A DNA stretch of 64,000 nucleotides from Isurus oxyrinchus (taxonomy: Eukaryota): NCBI GenBank assembly GCA_026770705.1, contig JANJGN010000035.1, forward strand, positions 8,494,001-8,558,000, in the 5' to 3' direction. The position numbers were made by a program, and so were the translations under genes. The notes beneath the pieces are model-generated. The model was not told where the DNA came from. It did not search any database and saw only the letters and a program-made list of their open reading frames with translations. This document shows positions 13,060 to 26,224 of this stretch, in pieces (the stretch's first letter is position 1; the number at the start of each line of letters is the position of its first letter).

Positions 13060-13400
13060 AATGTAAATTCAATGCAACATTTGAGCCCATGGCTTATCAA
13101 GTATCTACCTACTTCGACCAGAAAGATATACAAAGACACTGCCCCAGCCAAATTTGAGCAGGGGAAATCCATAGTCTTACAACCGTCGGAGAGATTTATA
13201 AAAAAAAAAATCATCTCTGTCTTGAATTCGCGATCACTTATTTTTAAGCAATGCCCTTGGGTTCCAGATTTCCCATAGGAAACATGCTTTTCACATCCGC
13301 CCTGTGAAACTCTGCTCAGCATCGTAATCGTTTCAATCAAGTAACCTCTTATTCTTCTGAGCTCCACAGATAAAAGTGTAGCAAGTTTAATATACAGCGA
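13060..13400 (-). mobile_element. CR1 3' fragment
   Basis: ORF 13047..13367 begins ELRRIRGYLIETITML, matching CR1 LExRRMRGDLIETYKIL. Confidence 0.8.
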
Positions 13401-13582
13401 TGGACGAGGTCAATGTTGCAAATATGATTAATTACTCAACGACATCTGCTTAGTATCATGAATCCCATTGCACCTTGTCACACTTTAATCATGAACTTAC
13501 ATTTGCATAATTTATTTTCTCTGTTACAGGGCACTGCTTCACTGCATTTCTTTAAACACAATCATTGAACGTCTGCATGACT

Positions 13583-14034
13583 TGATGTGGCCTCTTTAAG
13601 GAACGGACCGCAGGAGAACCAGTTACAGGTTACGGTCGTTTATTAGAGCAACTGCAAGGAGGGCAATATCTCAATACAGCTTGAGACAGTACTCTGCTAC
13701 AGTGCAAGTATTCACTACATTTCTAAATTAATGGTCACATATAAAACAGTTTACAAATTCAGAACTCGTCAACATATACATTTACTTTACACGATATCTC
13801 TGGTAACAAATGCGTCCCTATTTGTTTTCAGCCATGCAGAGACCTTACAGTCTGTGCTTCCTCTATCTGTTGAAGAGCACACTTAATCTTAGTTGAAATT
13901 GCCATCACCTGTCAACAGTCCGCCTCCAAGCCCTATATGTTGCCTACTTTGTGTTAAGGCTGTCCAAGCTTAATCTTTTAACCTTTAACTGCCAATGTGC
14001 AAGGAGTTTTTAAGTAATTATTTATCTTTAAATA
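13583..14034 (-). repeat. 3' LTR
   Basis: Aligns along its length with 17405-17851 (e.g. gcaaggagggca, ctcgtcaacatata, ccctatttgttttca, gcagagaccttac). Purine-rich tract on the minus strand at ~14045-14062. Confidence 0.85.
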
Positions 14035-17000
14035 TGCCATTACTCTACCCCCAATCCCCCCTAATAATTACTGTATCCCTTTATTTTTACCTCTTAATGC
14101 GATAACTTCACAAGCCTGATCGCATCACGCCTTTGAACTGAGATGCTTCAGTCATCAGCTGGCACATTGGAGCCGTATATAGCGCTCAAATATTGGTTGA
14201 GCAACACTGTAGTGGAAGAATTCTGCATGTGTTCAAGCCTACTGGTAACAGCACGTGGTGTAGATTATGATACTAAACTTCTGTGTAGCCAGTACCGAAC
14301 AATTTGTCATTCCTGGATGCATAGCCGGACAAGATGAGTCAGTCAGTTTTGTTGAGAAGTTACAATTATCTCTACTCAGACTGTGGAATTATGTGCGGAC
14401 TGTGGATGGGTAGTGGCCGATTTGAAAAATACCCTTCATACAATTCCAAAGCATTGTCCTTTTTATCATTCCCCTTTGGTTATTGCATTCGGCATGCTGC
14501 ACCAAAGTTTCTTCTGTGTTGCGGGATGAGCAGTGATGATCCCTGACCTTGTTGGCAGTATTTCTATGCCCACGACCAGGATCGTAGATCTTTGGACAAA
14601 TTAACATCGGCTACCATTCTCCGTGTTAGCGTTTGTTTAATTGTCACGCATCTTTAACTGTGTGTAATGCCTCCATTTATTGCACCATTACATATCTACA
14701 AGTCTGGGTGCGGGGTGGGGAGGGGGGGGGGGGTGGTGAGGGGGGGCGAGGGTCCTTTGTTGCTCTTTGGATTTGTCTGTTTCCATATCGTTAGTCACCT
14801 GCCGGTCTCTGACTTCCTTCTTTAACTCATGCAATTTCTTTCTTACTTCCCTCACATAGCCTCACAACCTTCCTTTTAGTGTCCCGACGTCTCCCACTCC
14901 TGCTATGTTTCCCTGACGTAACTGCATTGCTCTTCCTGTCTCAAGTTCAAATGGGGTGAACCCGGCTTTTCTGCTCGGGGAAAGTCCTGAGACGCATTAG
15001 AACATTTTATTGTCTCAGAAGTGAGACACAAAATTTTGTCTGAACCATTTCATTTAGAAATATCCAAGATTCAGTAACTCGGCCAAAAATTGGTTTTCTG
15101 CCAAACTTTCTCAAGGTCTTGAGCTTAGCTTCATATTTTGGGAAAGACTTAGAAATACAACAGCTTGCAGCATTTCAATTAGTGTCAATTGATGTCAAAC
15201 TTTTTAAAATGAAAATTCCCTTTTGATAAATTATTAGGAACCAATACCCAAACCTTAAACCTTTTTAGAAATGTAATTTACACTATCAACATTAAAAAAA
15301 TAATGCTTTGTTATATGTGTTGATTTGTATCCAAGTTAAAATTCCCATGTATTAATCGACACGTTATTTAACATTGGTTGTATGCTCCTTATTCTAAATA
15401 ACCTGTTAAATAATGCAGAACGTCACATCTCAATGTTGTCCCAAATTCAAAAACAATGCTGTTTGGTTGCAGATTTCCTTTCATATTTGATTCATCACTT
15501 CAACGGAAAGTCTGTTTTTTTCATTGGAACTGCCTAGAGTGTGTGTTTATGCTTTTTGGTTTTCCTAGAATCCCTTGAGCTTCAGATGATTATTATCCTC
15601 AGAATTTTAGAATACTAATTCGTAAGAATTAATTCAACTCATATGTATCAATTCCCTTCAGCTTGGAAGCTGGTGATGCTAGTCTGCAAAGGTGGTGGTA
15701 AATACCTTCCTTCATGTAAGCCTGTGTATCTTCATTATACCTTCAAATACCGACCCATTTTGCCAGAAATCTCAACTCAAAACGTTTCCTCTAAACTTTG
15801 CAATGTGTTAGAATAATTTTCCTTCAATCTAGCATGGGGCTTTCAAACCTATAATGCTGAATTGCACACAAAAATAACAATTCACGTTAAAAACACACAT
15901 TAAAGATCACATACGCATGCTTGCTTGCACATGAACAAACATATATTCAGAGGTAAGAATTTATATTCCTGTATCTTTAACATAACAAATTAAAATTTTC
16001 ATATTCTAAACGAAACTTCAAACAGCAGTGGTGGAAATAAAGGGATCTTGAAGGCTGCAGCTATAGGGACAATCAAACGGACGAAAACTCACAATTCTCC
16101 AGCTCCTGCCTCCTAGTGCTTATTTACTCCCGAAAGGCATTCCCCTTTTCTCTTTCTCTCACTCTCTCTCTCTTCCTCTTCAGCTCAAATATCCTTTATA
16201 ACAGATTTACATTCATTTTATAAGTTACAGACAATTCATTAGCGGAACTTTCGTGTCCCAATCATTGTTCCACATTTTCAGGAAAATCCCATCATTCCGC
16301 ATTGGATATTATACACCGGCAATTCGTCTCTCCCTCACCCAAGGATTCCTTGACTGCCCTCTCAAACTCCTTGTGACTAACTTTCTCTGTAATTTCCACA
16401 TCCTCTTTGCATTTCACAGCCCCGTTTCTCCATTCGGATTTCAGTTCGCCTGTCCTGACTTTACTTTTTTTCCTAACAGTTACTGCCATAGGCGCCATGC
16501 ATTATTTTGGTGCGATCTCAGGTCCCTCATAAGTTTCTCCTTTGGAGCTGTCCTCCTCTTGGTCAATATCACTACCAGCTGCAGCTCCTGCCACAGTCTG
16601 TTCTGATGTGACTGATTCTCTTTTTCTCCAATCAACTGGAACTGAGTATTAATCCTTCTGCACAACTGTAGGTACAATATGATAATGACGATTAACCCTT
16701 TATTTTCCTTATTCTTTTCTGTTCTATCCATCACTGTTTTTGTTCCCCAGGTGTTCTCTGTGGCTCTCCCCAACCCCCACTACCCAACGCCCACAGCTCC
16801 TGCTACATTTTTATAATTAGCTTTGGCTGTTGTTCCACTGTATACCTCGTAATGGAGTCCGCAATTCCTCAGTCGAATTCCATAGCATAATCGTTTCCCT
16901 TACTGCATTCCATTTTTATACCTGTCTATGTCTGCATGGCACGTTTGCATAGTTCTAAAACTTAGTGAGTTGAGATGTGTGGTTTTCACTTATGTGCTGG

Positions 17001-17383
17001 TAGTGACTTCCCCGTGCTACTTCGTCTAAAGTTATCTCTTAAACCAAAACCTGCCAGCACGGCTCCACCCTCCCCTTCTTGGATCCGGTCTCCCTGTGTG
17101 GTTTTGGCAAAGGTGTGTTAACCTTCTACCCGTAGCCTGCCAGCACAGCTCCGTCCTCCTATTACTGGGGTCCACTCTCCCTGGAAGTAGCTTGGGCAGC
17201 ACTGGTCGGTCTGCGTGGCTCCTATGCCTATTTACCTCCAGGTGTCTCCAGGCCTGCCTTCTGCTTCTGATTATCTTCATAATGGACCAGACCACTCTCG
17301 GGCAGGCTTACTACACTAACTATGGGTGGTAAATGAATATATTCAGACACTTTGCAGGGCTGTCCCGAAGATCTGATCCATGT

Positions 17384-17401
17384 ATCCTGCCGATTATGCC
17401 A
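17384..17401 (-). promoter_or_regulatory. Primer-binding site (tRNA-Ser type)
   Basis: Minus strand TGGCATAATCGGCAGGAT, 3 nt from the LTR, versus the canonical Ser PBS TGGCGTAGTCGGCAGGAT. Confidence 0.8.
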
Positions 17402-17404
17402 AAT

Positions 17405-17851
17405 TGATGTGGTTTCTTTGATGAACTGACCACAATATTCTCAGGTGCAGGCTGTGATAGTTCATTCCAGCAATTGCAAGGAGGGCACTGTCTCAATAAA
17501 GCTTGAGGACAGTAGTCTGCTAAACTACATGTATTCAACATATTTAGATTACTGTCACTTACAAGAAAGTTTTTTTTCAGATTCTGATCTCGTCAACATA
17601 TAGGTTTACATTACTACACAGCTCTGGACACAGCTACATCCCTATTTGTTTTCACCCAGGCAGAGACCTTACCACCTGGTCTTCCCCTATCTATTGAAAA
17701 GCAAAACTAATCTCAGTTGTTATTTCCATCCTCTCTCCACAGTCCGGCTCCAGTGACTTTCTGTTGTTGGCAGGCACTTAACGCTGAGCAAGGTTCATCC
17801 GGTAACTTCCAATCTGCTTGGAGATTTTAAGTAATTTCTTACTTTTCAACA
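17405..17851 (-). repeat. 5' LTR
   Basis: tg...ca termini. Direct repeat of 13583-14034. Confidence 0.85.
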
Positions 17852-17854
17852 CGT

Positions 17855-19105
17855 TTTTGAATCCTTTGAGGAGGTAATGAGCAGTTTAGGAAAAAGGGAG
17901 CCAATGGGTCTTAACTACTTGGACTTCCAGAGGGACTTTGACAAGCCGCTGCACAGGCGGCTGCTCAGTCAGTTAAGAGCCCTTGGTATTAGAAACAAGG
18001 TACTGGAATGTTTCGATAATTAACACTCTGGCAGGAGGTAGAGAGTGGGGATAAAGGGTTACTTCTCAGGATGGCGGCTGGTGACTAGTGGAGTTCCACG
18101 GGGTCAATGTTGTGACCAATATTTTCCACTTTATACATTAATGATCTAGATGAAGGAACTGAGGGCATCCTGCCTAAGTTTACAGTTGATACAAGGATAG
18201 GTGAAGGGACAGGTAGTATTGAGGAGGCGTGGAGGCTGCACAAGTATTTGCAAAGGTTAGCAAAATATGTAAAGTAGTGCCAGATGGAATACAAAATGGG
18301 CAAGTGTCAGGTCATTCACTTTGGTAGGAAGAATATAGACATTCACTATTTTCTAAAAGGGGAGATAATTCAGAAATCTGGAGTGCAAAGGAACTTGCGA
18401 GTCCAAGTCCAGGATTCCCTTCAGGTGAACTTACAGGTTGAGTAGGTAGTTAGGTAGTTAAATACAATTATGACAGTTATTTCCAGAAGTCTAAAATAAA
18501 AAAGCGGGGATGTGCAGCTGAGCATTTATATGGCTCTGGTCTGATCACATTTAGAAGATTATGAGCAATTTTGTGCCCCCTACGTCAGGACGGATGTGTT
18601 GTCCCTGGAGAGGGACCAGAGGACGTCCACGGGGATGATCCCTCGAATGAAAGGCTTAAAATTTGAGGAACATTTTAGGACTCTGGATCTATGTTCCATC
18701 GAGTTTAGATGGACGAGGGGGGAACTGATCAAAACGTACAAAATACTGAAAAGACTCGATAGAGTGGACGTGGGGATGATGTTTCCATTGGTACCAGAGA
18801 ACAGGACCCAAAGGCACAGCCTCACAGTAAATGTAAGAACTTTTAAAAGAGATGGGGAAACATTCCTTTAGCCAGAGAGCGGTGAATCTATGGAATTTAT
18901 TTCCACAGAAGGCTGTGGTGGCAAGGTCATTAAATGCATTTAACACCGAGATAGAAAGGTTCTTGTTTGCTAAATAGATATAACGTTATGGAAGAAGGGG
19001 TGAGAATGGGGTTGAGAAGCTTAACAGCCATGATTGAATGGCGGAGCAGGCCCAAATGGCCTCATGGCATAATTTCTGCTCCTATAACTTACTGTCTTAT
19101 GGCCT
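17855..19105 (+). mobile_element. 5'-truncated CR1 LINE (RT to 3' end)
   Basis: Encodes YLDFQRDFDK, VTSGVPRGSML, YINDLDEGTEGILPKFTVDT and RGELIKTYKILK. Ends with the tail ctgctcctataacttactgtcttatggcctta. Confidence 0.92.
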
Positions 19106-19283
19106 TATTTGTTCATATTGTACAACGATATTCTGCTTAATAATTACTGCGTCACTTTATTTCCCCCTGACAGCCAGTAACTAAACGATTTTTAAAAAGT
19201 GAACTGTTACACTGATGATCGGCGATTGGCCCAGCCTGGTACACTAAAGTTAAGTAAGTGTGCTCAAAAATTCCTCATCTTAC

Positions 19284-19461
19284 CTTCTGCTACAGTGTCT
19301 GATGCCGAATGAACATGTTCTGGCTTTATTATAGTTGTGCTTTCAGCAGTTACCACACAATGGGTAAATTTCAAATAAAGGCGATATTCAGACTGACATG
19401 TAATGTCACCCTTCGCACACTGATAACTAATATAGATATCGAAGTGACTGATATGCAGGCT
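19284..19461 (-). pseudogene. Open candidate exon of the receptor kinase (membrane-proximal ectodomain?)
   Basis: ttttgaag|AGC...GAAG|gtaaga, 178 nt and open: SLHISHFDIYISYQCAKGDITCQSEYRLYLKFTHCVVTAESTTIIKPEHVHSASDTVAE. Confidence 0.55.
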
Positions 19462-20854
19462 CTTCAAAATGAAAGGTTCTGATCATTTTGTTTTCCTTTC
19501 TATAAGGTATGCTGCCTTGCAGAGGAAAGAATTCCAATGTTACCATTGTTTCTTCCATCTCTGATTCAGTTTGTAGCAATTATGAAACATGTCATAAAAT
19601 TGGTGTAAGTCACACGCCGTAAAAGAAATGACAGTGCTGATCGTAAAAGTTGTTTATTAACTTAATATAACCGCACATGGATAGCAAGGCGCGAAGATCA
19701 CTTCTGAATCATTTGATGAAAAAGAACAAACAGGTGGAGTTTGGAGTGAAATATCTTAATTGCCACGTTACATGATTTGTTTTTTTCTCGCTGTTTCCTG
19801 CTGTTCATATCAAGGTCATTTCAAATCTCTGAACATTTAACAATTTCAGAGATGCAGGAAATGTGCATATAGAAGGAAAAATTACCCAGTCAGCCTTAAT
19901 TTTATGCTCTCCTGCCAGTGTTTTGGCGGTCGGGTATCAGCATAAATAGTTTGAATGTGTTCCTAGTGGCTTCCCGCCTGCTCCAAACTCCCAAAAATTT
20001 TAAGCTGCGTTGGGCGTGGCCGTGGACCTGTCCACCCTACCCGCCGTACATTGTCCAACTACTCGCCAAATATCTTCCAGTCGTCTACTGCCAACATCGA
20101 CATGGCGCCTCGAAACTTATGTTTCCCTGGACACCTCGGATTTAGGATCCCCATAATGCATAGAATTTTGTCATGTCAACTTAAAATTCCTTAGCTGCTA
20201 GTCGGAAGTCGGTGAAAGTGGACTTTTCCACATTGATGGCCGGAAGACCAATGCTCTAATTAGCACTGAGTGCTGAGTGAAATGGCTGCGGAGCAGGCAG
20301 TTACAATGGTAATGCGCTGAACAACAAATCACCCAATGATGTGATGTGAGAAACGCCCCTGCACCAAAAAAGCACTTCACTGTGAAAGGGATCAGGTCCT
20401 CAGAGACTAATCCTGCAGGGATCAAGTTTTTTGGCGCATATTAATGTTTGCCAGTGTAGGATGGAAGTTGTACCCTCACCTGCCACATTGGCAGGCATCT
20501 CCTTCTGTCCTGGCAGCAGCACAAAGGCGCAAATAGCAGCTACCACGGCTGAAGATAAAGAACGAAGCCCAGAACCCAGCAGTTAATCGCGAGTTATGGC
20601 GCCGTGTGGGCTTGCTAGTATTCGGGAGGCGGAGAGACAAGGATTGTGGCCGGGATTAAGATTGGTAGCGTTCGATAGAAAGGGGATTCAGTCTAATGAG
20701 AGGGGGGCATCTCATGATGGCCAAAGTGCAGGACCTGAAAGGCGACCTTTAGCTATGTTCTTTGTTGCTTTGGCAACCTATTTTTTCTTAAATGTCGGGT
20801 TCTGAGCAAACCTGAAAGAGCCTACATTGACAAATTTAATAGGATTGGCAAGCT

Positions 20855-23423
20855 GTGGAATGATTTTCCCGCCATCCACGACCTTTACGCGCAAGCACTT
20901 TTTAGGCCAACAGCATTGCTATGGACAGAAAATTATGCCTCACCTGTGTCATAGCAACAGGACAGATGCAACGGAAAATAGCCCGACAGGACGCCCTGGG
21001 AGCATTCCGGCGCCATCCCACATGCCAGCAATGTTACAGTCTGCCATCATGTGTGGAATCACAGCTGTGTACGGCGTCAAATAAGAGGCCACTTAACTTC
21101 ATTATAAACACAATTTCAAGCAATTTCACTTTGCCCTGAAGATGTCATGCATATCACATCGGAAAAACGGGGAGGCGGGCAAATCAAATTTTGCAACGAC
21201 TCATTCAAGGGCTGGCTAAAAGTTTCAACTCATTTGCCATTTTTATTACTCATGAGTTCTGGAGAGAGGTTGCTGCTGGTTGCTTATTTAAAGTTGACAT
21301 TTTATCTCCAAACTGAGCTTTATTCTTAGCATTACTAGTCTTCAACGTCGAACACATTGGTGTCTCCAGAACTCCCCAATTTTATTGACCGTTTAGAATC
21401 TTCCTGCTATCAGGCTTTAGTGACTTTGGTAATGGGTATTGTCGCCTCTGCTTTTGGCACATCTATTGAGGTAGAGGAGAGCCATAGAAGTGACAGGAGA
21501 TGAGGTGCCCCAAATAAGCTTCCAGAGGAAAGACCTATGGTTTACGAGGCGAAGGGAGCAGTGCCAAAGGGTAGTCCAAAACTGAAGCAGCAGAAGATCT
21601 CACTAGCCTTCTGCAATGGTTTATAGGCAGCAGTGCAGCTCCCGCAATATGTTGGGGTGCAATGCTGACAAAGATCCCAAACTCCAGGAAGACTTTGACC
21701 TCTATTTGTCAGATGATTGGGACCAAAATAACCTCCAACTGTATAAGTGAAACAACCAATAAAAGTGGATCTGAAGATCACAATTGCCGTCAGTTATGTG
21801 CCTCCGGCTCTTTCCAAGGCCGAGTGAGGGATCTTGGTGTAGTGTCCCAATCAGCTGAACACATTTGCGTCAAGCTGGTGTCATAAGCTCTGTTCAGCCG
21901 GGTAATCACAACTATCGTTTCCATATGTATAAGGCCTTCCAGGCTCATGGAGCCAATGGTTTCTCTGTGATGGTCGGAGCATCCCACATCAATGTTCAAT
22001 CGAGTGCACACATGTGGCCATCAAGGCTATGGCGGCTTTGTCATGTGCGTTCGTCAACAGGGCTGGATTCCACCTGATGATATGTGACCATGATACGCAT
22101 GATAGCCACGTTGCTTTCATGATGATTACATTCCTAGAAGATTCCCAGGTCCTGAAGCTGTTCAGTGACCCAGCATGACTGGATGGATGGCTGCTCGTTG
22201 ATAAGGTCCAGTCTGTTAGTTCGATTTTGAGTGGTCTCTGCCATTTAAAAGCACAGGCAGAGCAATATTTTAATAGGAGCCAAGCCATTACAAGGGCCTT
22301 TTTGGAGAGGACCATCAGCCTTCTGAAGATGTGCTTCTGATGCCGGGTTGTTCAGCAGAGGCACAAAAATACCCCCAAGTGAGACTTTCGCAGATCATAG
22401 CTGCGTACTGCTCCCTCCACAATCTGGACCTTGCAATGGATGAGGGTGGGAGTAGGCATCCTGAAAGAAGATTATGTTGACATAACTCGATCAGCCACAG
22501 AGGATGAATCCAGTAGCGAGTAAAAAGCGGAGAACGGTGAGGAGTATGCTGAGGGCGTTGGGGCATATATCTGTATTCTTCAGGGAGGGTGGGACATCCA
22601 AGTCGCTTCACTTCCAAAGCACTTTCCGCTAGGCTGCCAAAGATCTCCTTCCAACATATGCTGGGCCTACGACCTCCATATCAGATATCTGAAATGACCT
22701 TTTCAATTGAATCTAAATTCCACTCAGTACTGTTCACAGCAATAAAACATTACAAAATAGCGTGCACTGAAGCAAAACAAGAATAACGGTGAAATATGTG
22801 CAGACCATTGCGACGAACAGAAAATCTATCTCATTTTGACAATGAAAAAGATAACATAATCATGCATTCTCTTCATTCCAATGCGTGAAAACATAAGCCT
22901 TGCATGAGAGACCAGGATATTAGCCTGTCATGCTCATGGCACTTTAAAATTTATTATACGAGCATTACACTACATCTTGGTATTACCCCGCCCCCTCGCT
23001 GGCAGTAACATTGGAAGCAGCCCGCTGAATCTGCTGACATGTTGTCCTTAGCGGCTTTGACGGTCGTCCTCCAGCCACTGGATCCGCTGCTGTCACAGCC
23101 TGGTAGGGAGCAGCCATTGCCATGTCTAATATCTCCCCAGTGAACGCTAACTCATCAGTTGCCAAGGCCACTGGCAGAGTGCCGGGAGAGCTTCTGCTCA
23201 TACAGACCGCCAAAAGAGGCGCCCACAGATATCTCATGTAGCCCCCTCGCCACCTTCTCGTCCATTGGGAATCATGTTTGATGTTTCATGTTCATGTTTG
23301 GCGGTCCTAATTGACCAGCCAGCGTTACACAGCGCTTGGTAGCCAATCGCTGGCCACAGCCCGTTTCCTGGTCTGTCAAAAGTCTGCTAAATGCACCAGC
23401 CCGACATTAGAAAATTTCAACCC
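20855..23423 (+). mobile_element. PIF/Harbinger DNA transposon with decayed transposase
   Basis: ~21640-22500 reads across frameshifts: SRKTLTSICQMIG..CASGSFQGRVRDLGVVSQSA..ECTHVAIK..FVNRAGFH..DGWLLVDK..YCSLHNL (HARBI1-type DDE). Right end gaaaatttcaaccc is followed by tta. Left end approximate. Confidence 0.85.
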
Positions 23424-23829
23424 TTAAATTTGAGGTGTTAAGGGATGGATTTTAAAGCACACTCGGAGGCTTCCCTTGAAGGGTATATATTCTCTGTTGC
23501 GAACACTGCAGAAATGCTATTCGTGAGTGGAGTGTACTTCAAAAGCAGAGTTTTATTTAGATATTAGAAGGACAACAGCTGTCTCTGTCAGCCTAACACC
23601 CACCCGTCCACTCCCAAATGTCTTTTATGATTTGGTGGACGGGCAATGAATCATGCATACCCCCAACATCTGGCCTTTGGAGCCCCTAGTTTAAGTCAAA
23701 TCAAGGGCATTTTATCCATTTATGGTAAATAACATGTGCAGCTGAGTGAAGGTGGAAGGCTGCTCACCAACGCACAACTTTAACAGCTGAACAAAAAGCC
23801 AGGAAAGTAGTATTGGCCAACTGGGTGAG

Positions 23830-24060
23830 AGGCACATTTGGCCTGCCTGCAAGCATGAACCAGTACTTTTTATCGCTTAGCATGTCAACGCAACATCTTG
23901 CTCTCATGCCCACATATATATACCTGGCAATGTCCACTGAAGCCCAACGCAAGCTGGAGGAGAAGCACCTCAACTCCTGATAATGTACTTTGCATAGTCT
24001 CATGCTTAATATTGAGGGCTACAACTTCAGACCATGAAATCTCTGCACTGTCTTGCAACA
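23830..24060 (+). mobile_element. Penelope-like element 3' (GIY-YIG tail) fragment
   Basis: gaagcccaacgcaagctggaggagaagcacctc reads EAQRKLEEKHL, typical of the shark PLE C-terminus. Confidence 0.75.
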
Positions 24061-24408
24061 ACATCCCTCTTGTTTTTACCCATTTCTAACTTATTCAGAG
24101 GCTTTCTGTTTGATTGAATATATTTCATTTTTACTTTTTATTTATTTTATCATTTTCCTCCTACCAGCGCGCTCGATTACCGCCCCCACCCCCCCCACCC
24201 CCCAGCCCCCGCCACCTTCAATCACACACACACAACCCCAAGAACATGGCCATCAGTGATTAGTTTATGCTTCTCTTTACTTCAGAATATGTTGTATGGA
24301 CTCTAAAATTAAAATCTGTTTCTATCCAACAAATTCTGCTTGACTTGTTGAATTTTCTCCATCATATTCTGTTTTTTTATTTATAATTTTGTCAACCACA
24401 GCTTTTAC

Positions 24409-24667
24409 TTTTCTTAGCTTTGTTATCACATATGTTATGCGGAGGGTGGGGGAGTGCACTGTGCCCATCCGCTTCTCCCAAAAATGCCTCTGCACTCCAC
24501 CTCCACAAAGCGATTCAAAAGACAATGCAAGACAGCCACGATTCCCATCTGCCAACCCCGTATTAATAATCAGGAACCCACTTGAAAAGAACAGTAATTC
24601 AAAGAGATGAATTTATCTCAGAACTACATATTGCCCCAGCATTGGATATAAATTGCTGCTGTCGCTG
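24409..24667 (-). pseudogene. Candidate exon with degenerate TSP1 repeat
   Basis: GVGRWESWLSC(fs)SLCGGGVQR resembles TSP1 WxxWxxCSxxCGGGxQxR. Flanked by cccag| and |gtaaaa. Confidence 0.5.
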
Positions 24668-25108
24668 CTGGGTGCGTAAGACCATTTATTTCATGAGAGT
24701 GGTGTTAGGTCTTGTGGGCGGGACCGCCCTGAAAAACAAAAACAAATCTCAGTCTTGTAAGTGGACAACTACAGAAAAGTAGAACAAAATTCTAGAGCAG
24801 AAATCAAAGTTTTCTCAGCATTCTGAGGGAAGAAGTCTGATGTTATCCAAGTCCTGAGTAATCAACCGCTAATGTTGACACTGCCCGGCTAAGGGAAACA
24901 TTGTCGAATTTACAACAATGCCAAGCCCCTTTAGATTGTCAGATGTTTCAATTTGTGCATCTCTCATTCTCCTGTAACCTAATTATTTCAGCGTCTCATG
25001 TTAAATAACATTCCATAGCAGGAAGTTATTCAATGAATAGTCCCATACATCTTCTTTAAATATGCTAAATTATTGTTTATATGCGGTGAGCAAAACTAGA
25101 AACATTAC

Positions 25109-25279
25109 TTCAGTTGTGGCCACAGAAAACATGGTTGGTGGAAATGCAAAATGGTGACCGTGGTCTGTGGGTTGGACATAAACCATGGAGAAAAGGAAAG
25201 CTAAATTTTCAGTGCCATAAACTTTCTTCAGAACTGAAGAATTATAGAAGTGCAATAGGTTTGAAGCAGTGAAATTACA
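25109..25279 (-). pseudogene. Open 171-nt phase 0-0 candidate exon
   Basis: ttcttcttttgccag|TGT...GAA|gtaatg: CNFTASNLLHFYNSSVLKKVYGTENLAFLFSMVYVQPTDHGHHFAFPPTMFSVATTE. Confidence 0.6.
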
Positions 25280-26224
25280 CTGGCAAAAGAAGAAGAAAAA
25301 ATTGTAGGTCTTTAAATGGCGGAATGCAATAGACATTACAATGGAAGTGTCAACTTCTCATCGCACCGAAACCAAATGACTTCCAACATTTGGACTTTTC
25401 CAAACAGAGACGATCAAAACACTGTTATATAAGACTCTACAGGGAAGTGGTCAGCAGTTGATAAATGGTAGTAAACAGTAACAAAATGAATTTGTGGAAC
25501 AGGTCAAGTGACATCCTTTTATTCCAAAGCTAATGAATTTGGCTTTGTTCAGTTATACATCTTGGAATGTTCAGCCAAGCGACTTTAGTAATGGACCATG
25601 TGGTCATCCTCGTTATGTTGACCGTTTATGTTCAAGACTTTGCACGAGCTGTTGTTAATTAACAGAGGTTAACAGTAGAAATGGTGATCAGAAGGATCTT
25701 GGCGCGAAATTTGACAGGTATTTTTCAGAAAAAAATCCTTCTATACTCTTTCTCGTCTACCATTAAATATTGAGCCTAGAAACAAGTTGCTGATTGATTT
25801 AAGAGTTCCCAGACGTTTAATACGCAAGAGTCATTACCGAGAATACAGAAATTTAATGCCCCTGTAATTTTTGTTCCCCGGAAATGCCCTGATGTTGCTT
25901 CCAGGCGTGGACAGCCACTCAAAAGGAAGCTCGCAGTTCTTCACGAATTTAACTGTAACCCTCTTCAATTTGCAAACACTATTTCGGGCAGAACAACATA
26001 ATTACGGGTGCCAGTTCACAGAAGTCGCATGCGCCTGTGCCATAGATGCATCGCTGCCGCAGAGACCTGATGAGGCAAAATAGAACTTGATAGTTAGATT
26101 GATGTTTTCATATGTGGGAGTCACAGTAAAGCAACAAATTTCAGAATGAATTGTTTAAGATGAAGAAATGTAAAAGTGAACACTTTATGAAATAATATTG
26201 TGGAAACTTGAAAGATCAATTCAC

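Larger units (their letters stand above)
13583..17851 (-). mobile_element. Non-autonomous ERV-like LTR element (two LTRs, tRNA-Ser PBS, gag and integrase remnants)
   Basis: Direct repeats at 13583-14034 and 17405-17851, both starting tgatgtgg. PBS is adjacent to the right LTR. Minus-strand integrase remnants PSRKAGFTPFELETGRAMQL (~14920-14980) and WRHYTQLK (~14655-14680). No RT seen. Confidence 0.8.

Noticed and set aside
13501-13549. Micro-exon NAVKQCPVTEKINYAN (aaag|...|gtaagt) as juxtamembrane segment
   Set aside because: Too short, and its phase does not join consistently to the next candidate exon, so it is left unannotated.
23764-24003. Minus ORF ending at a good donor (TG|gtgagc)
   Set aside because: Mostly antisense to a Penelope 3' fragment (EAQRKLEEKHL).
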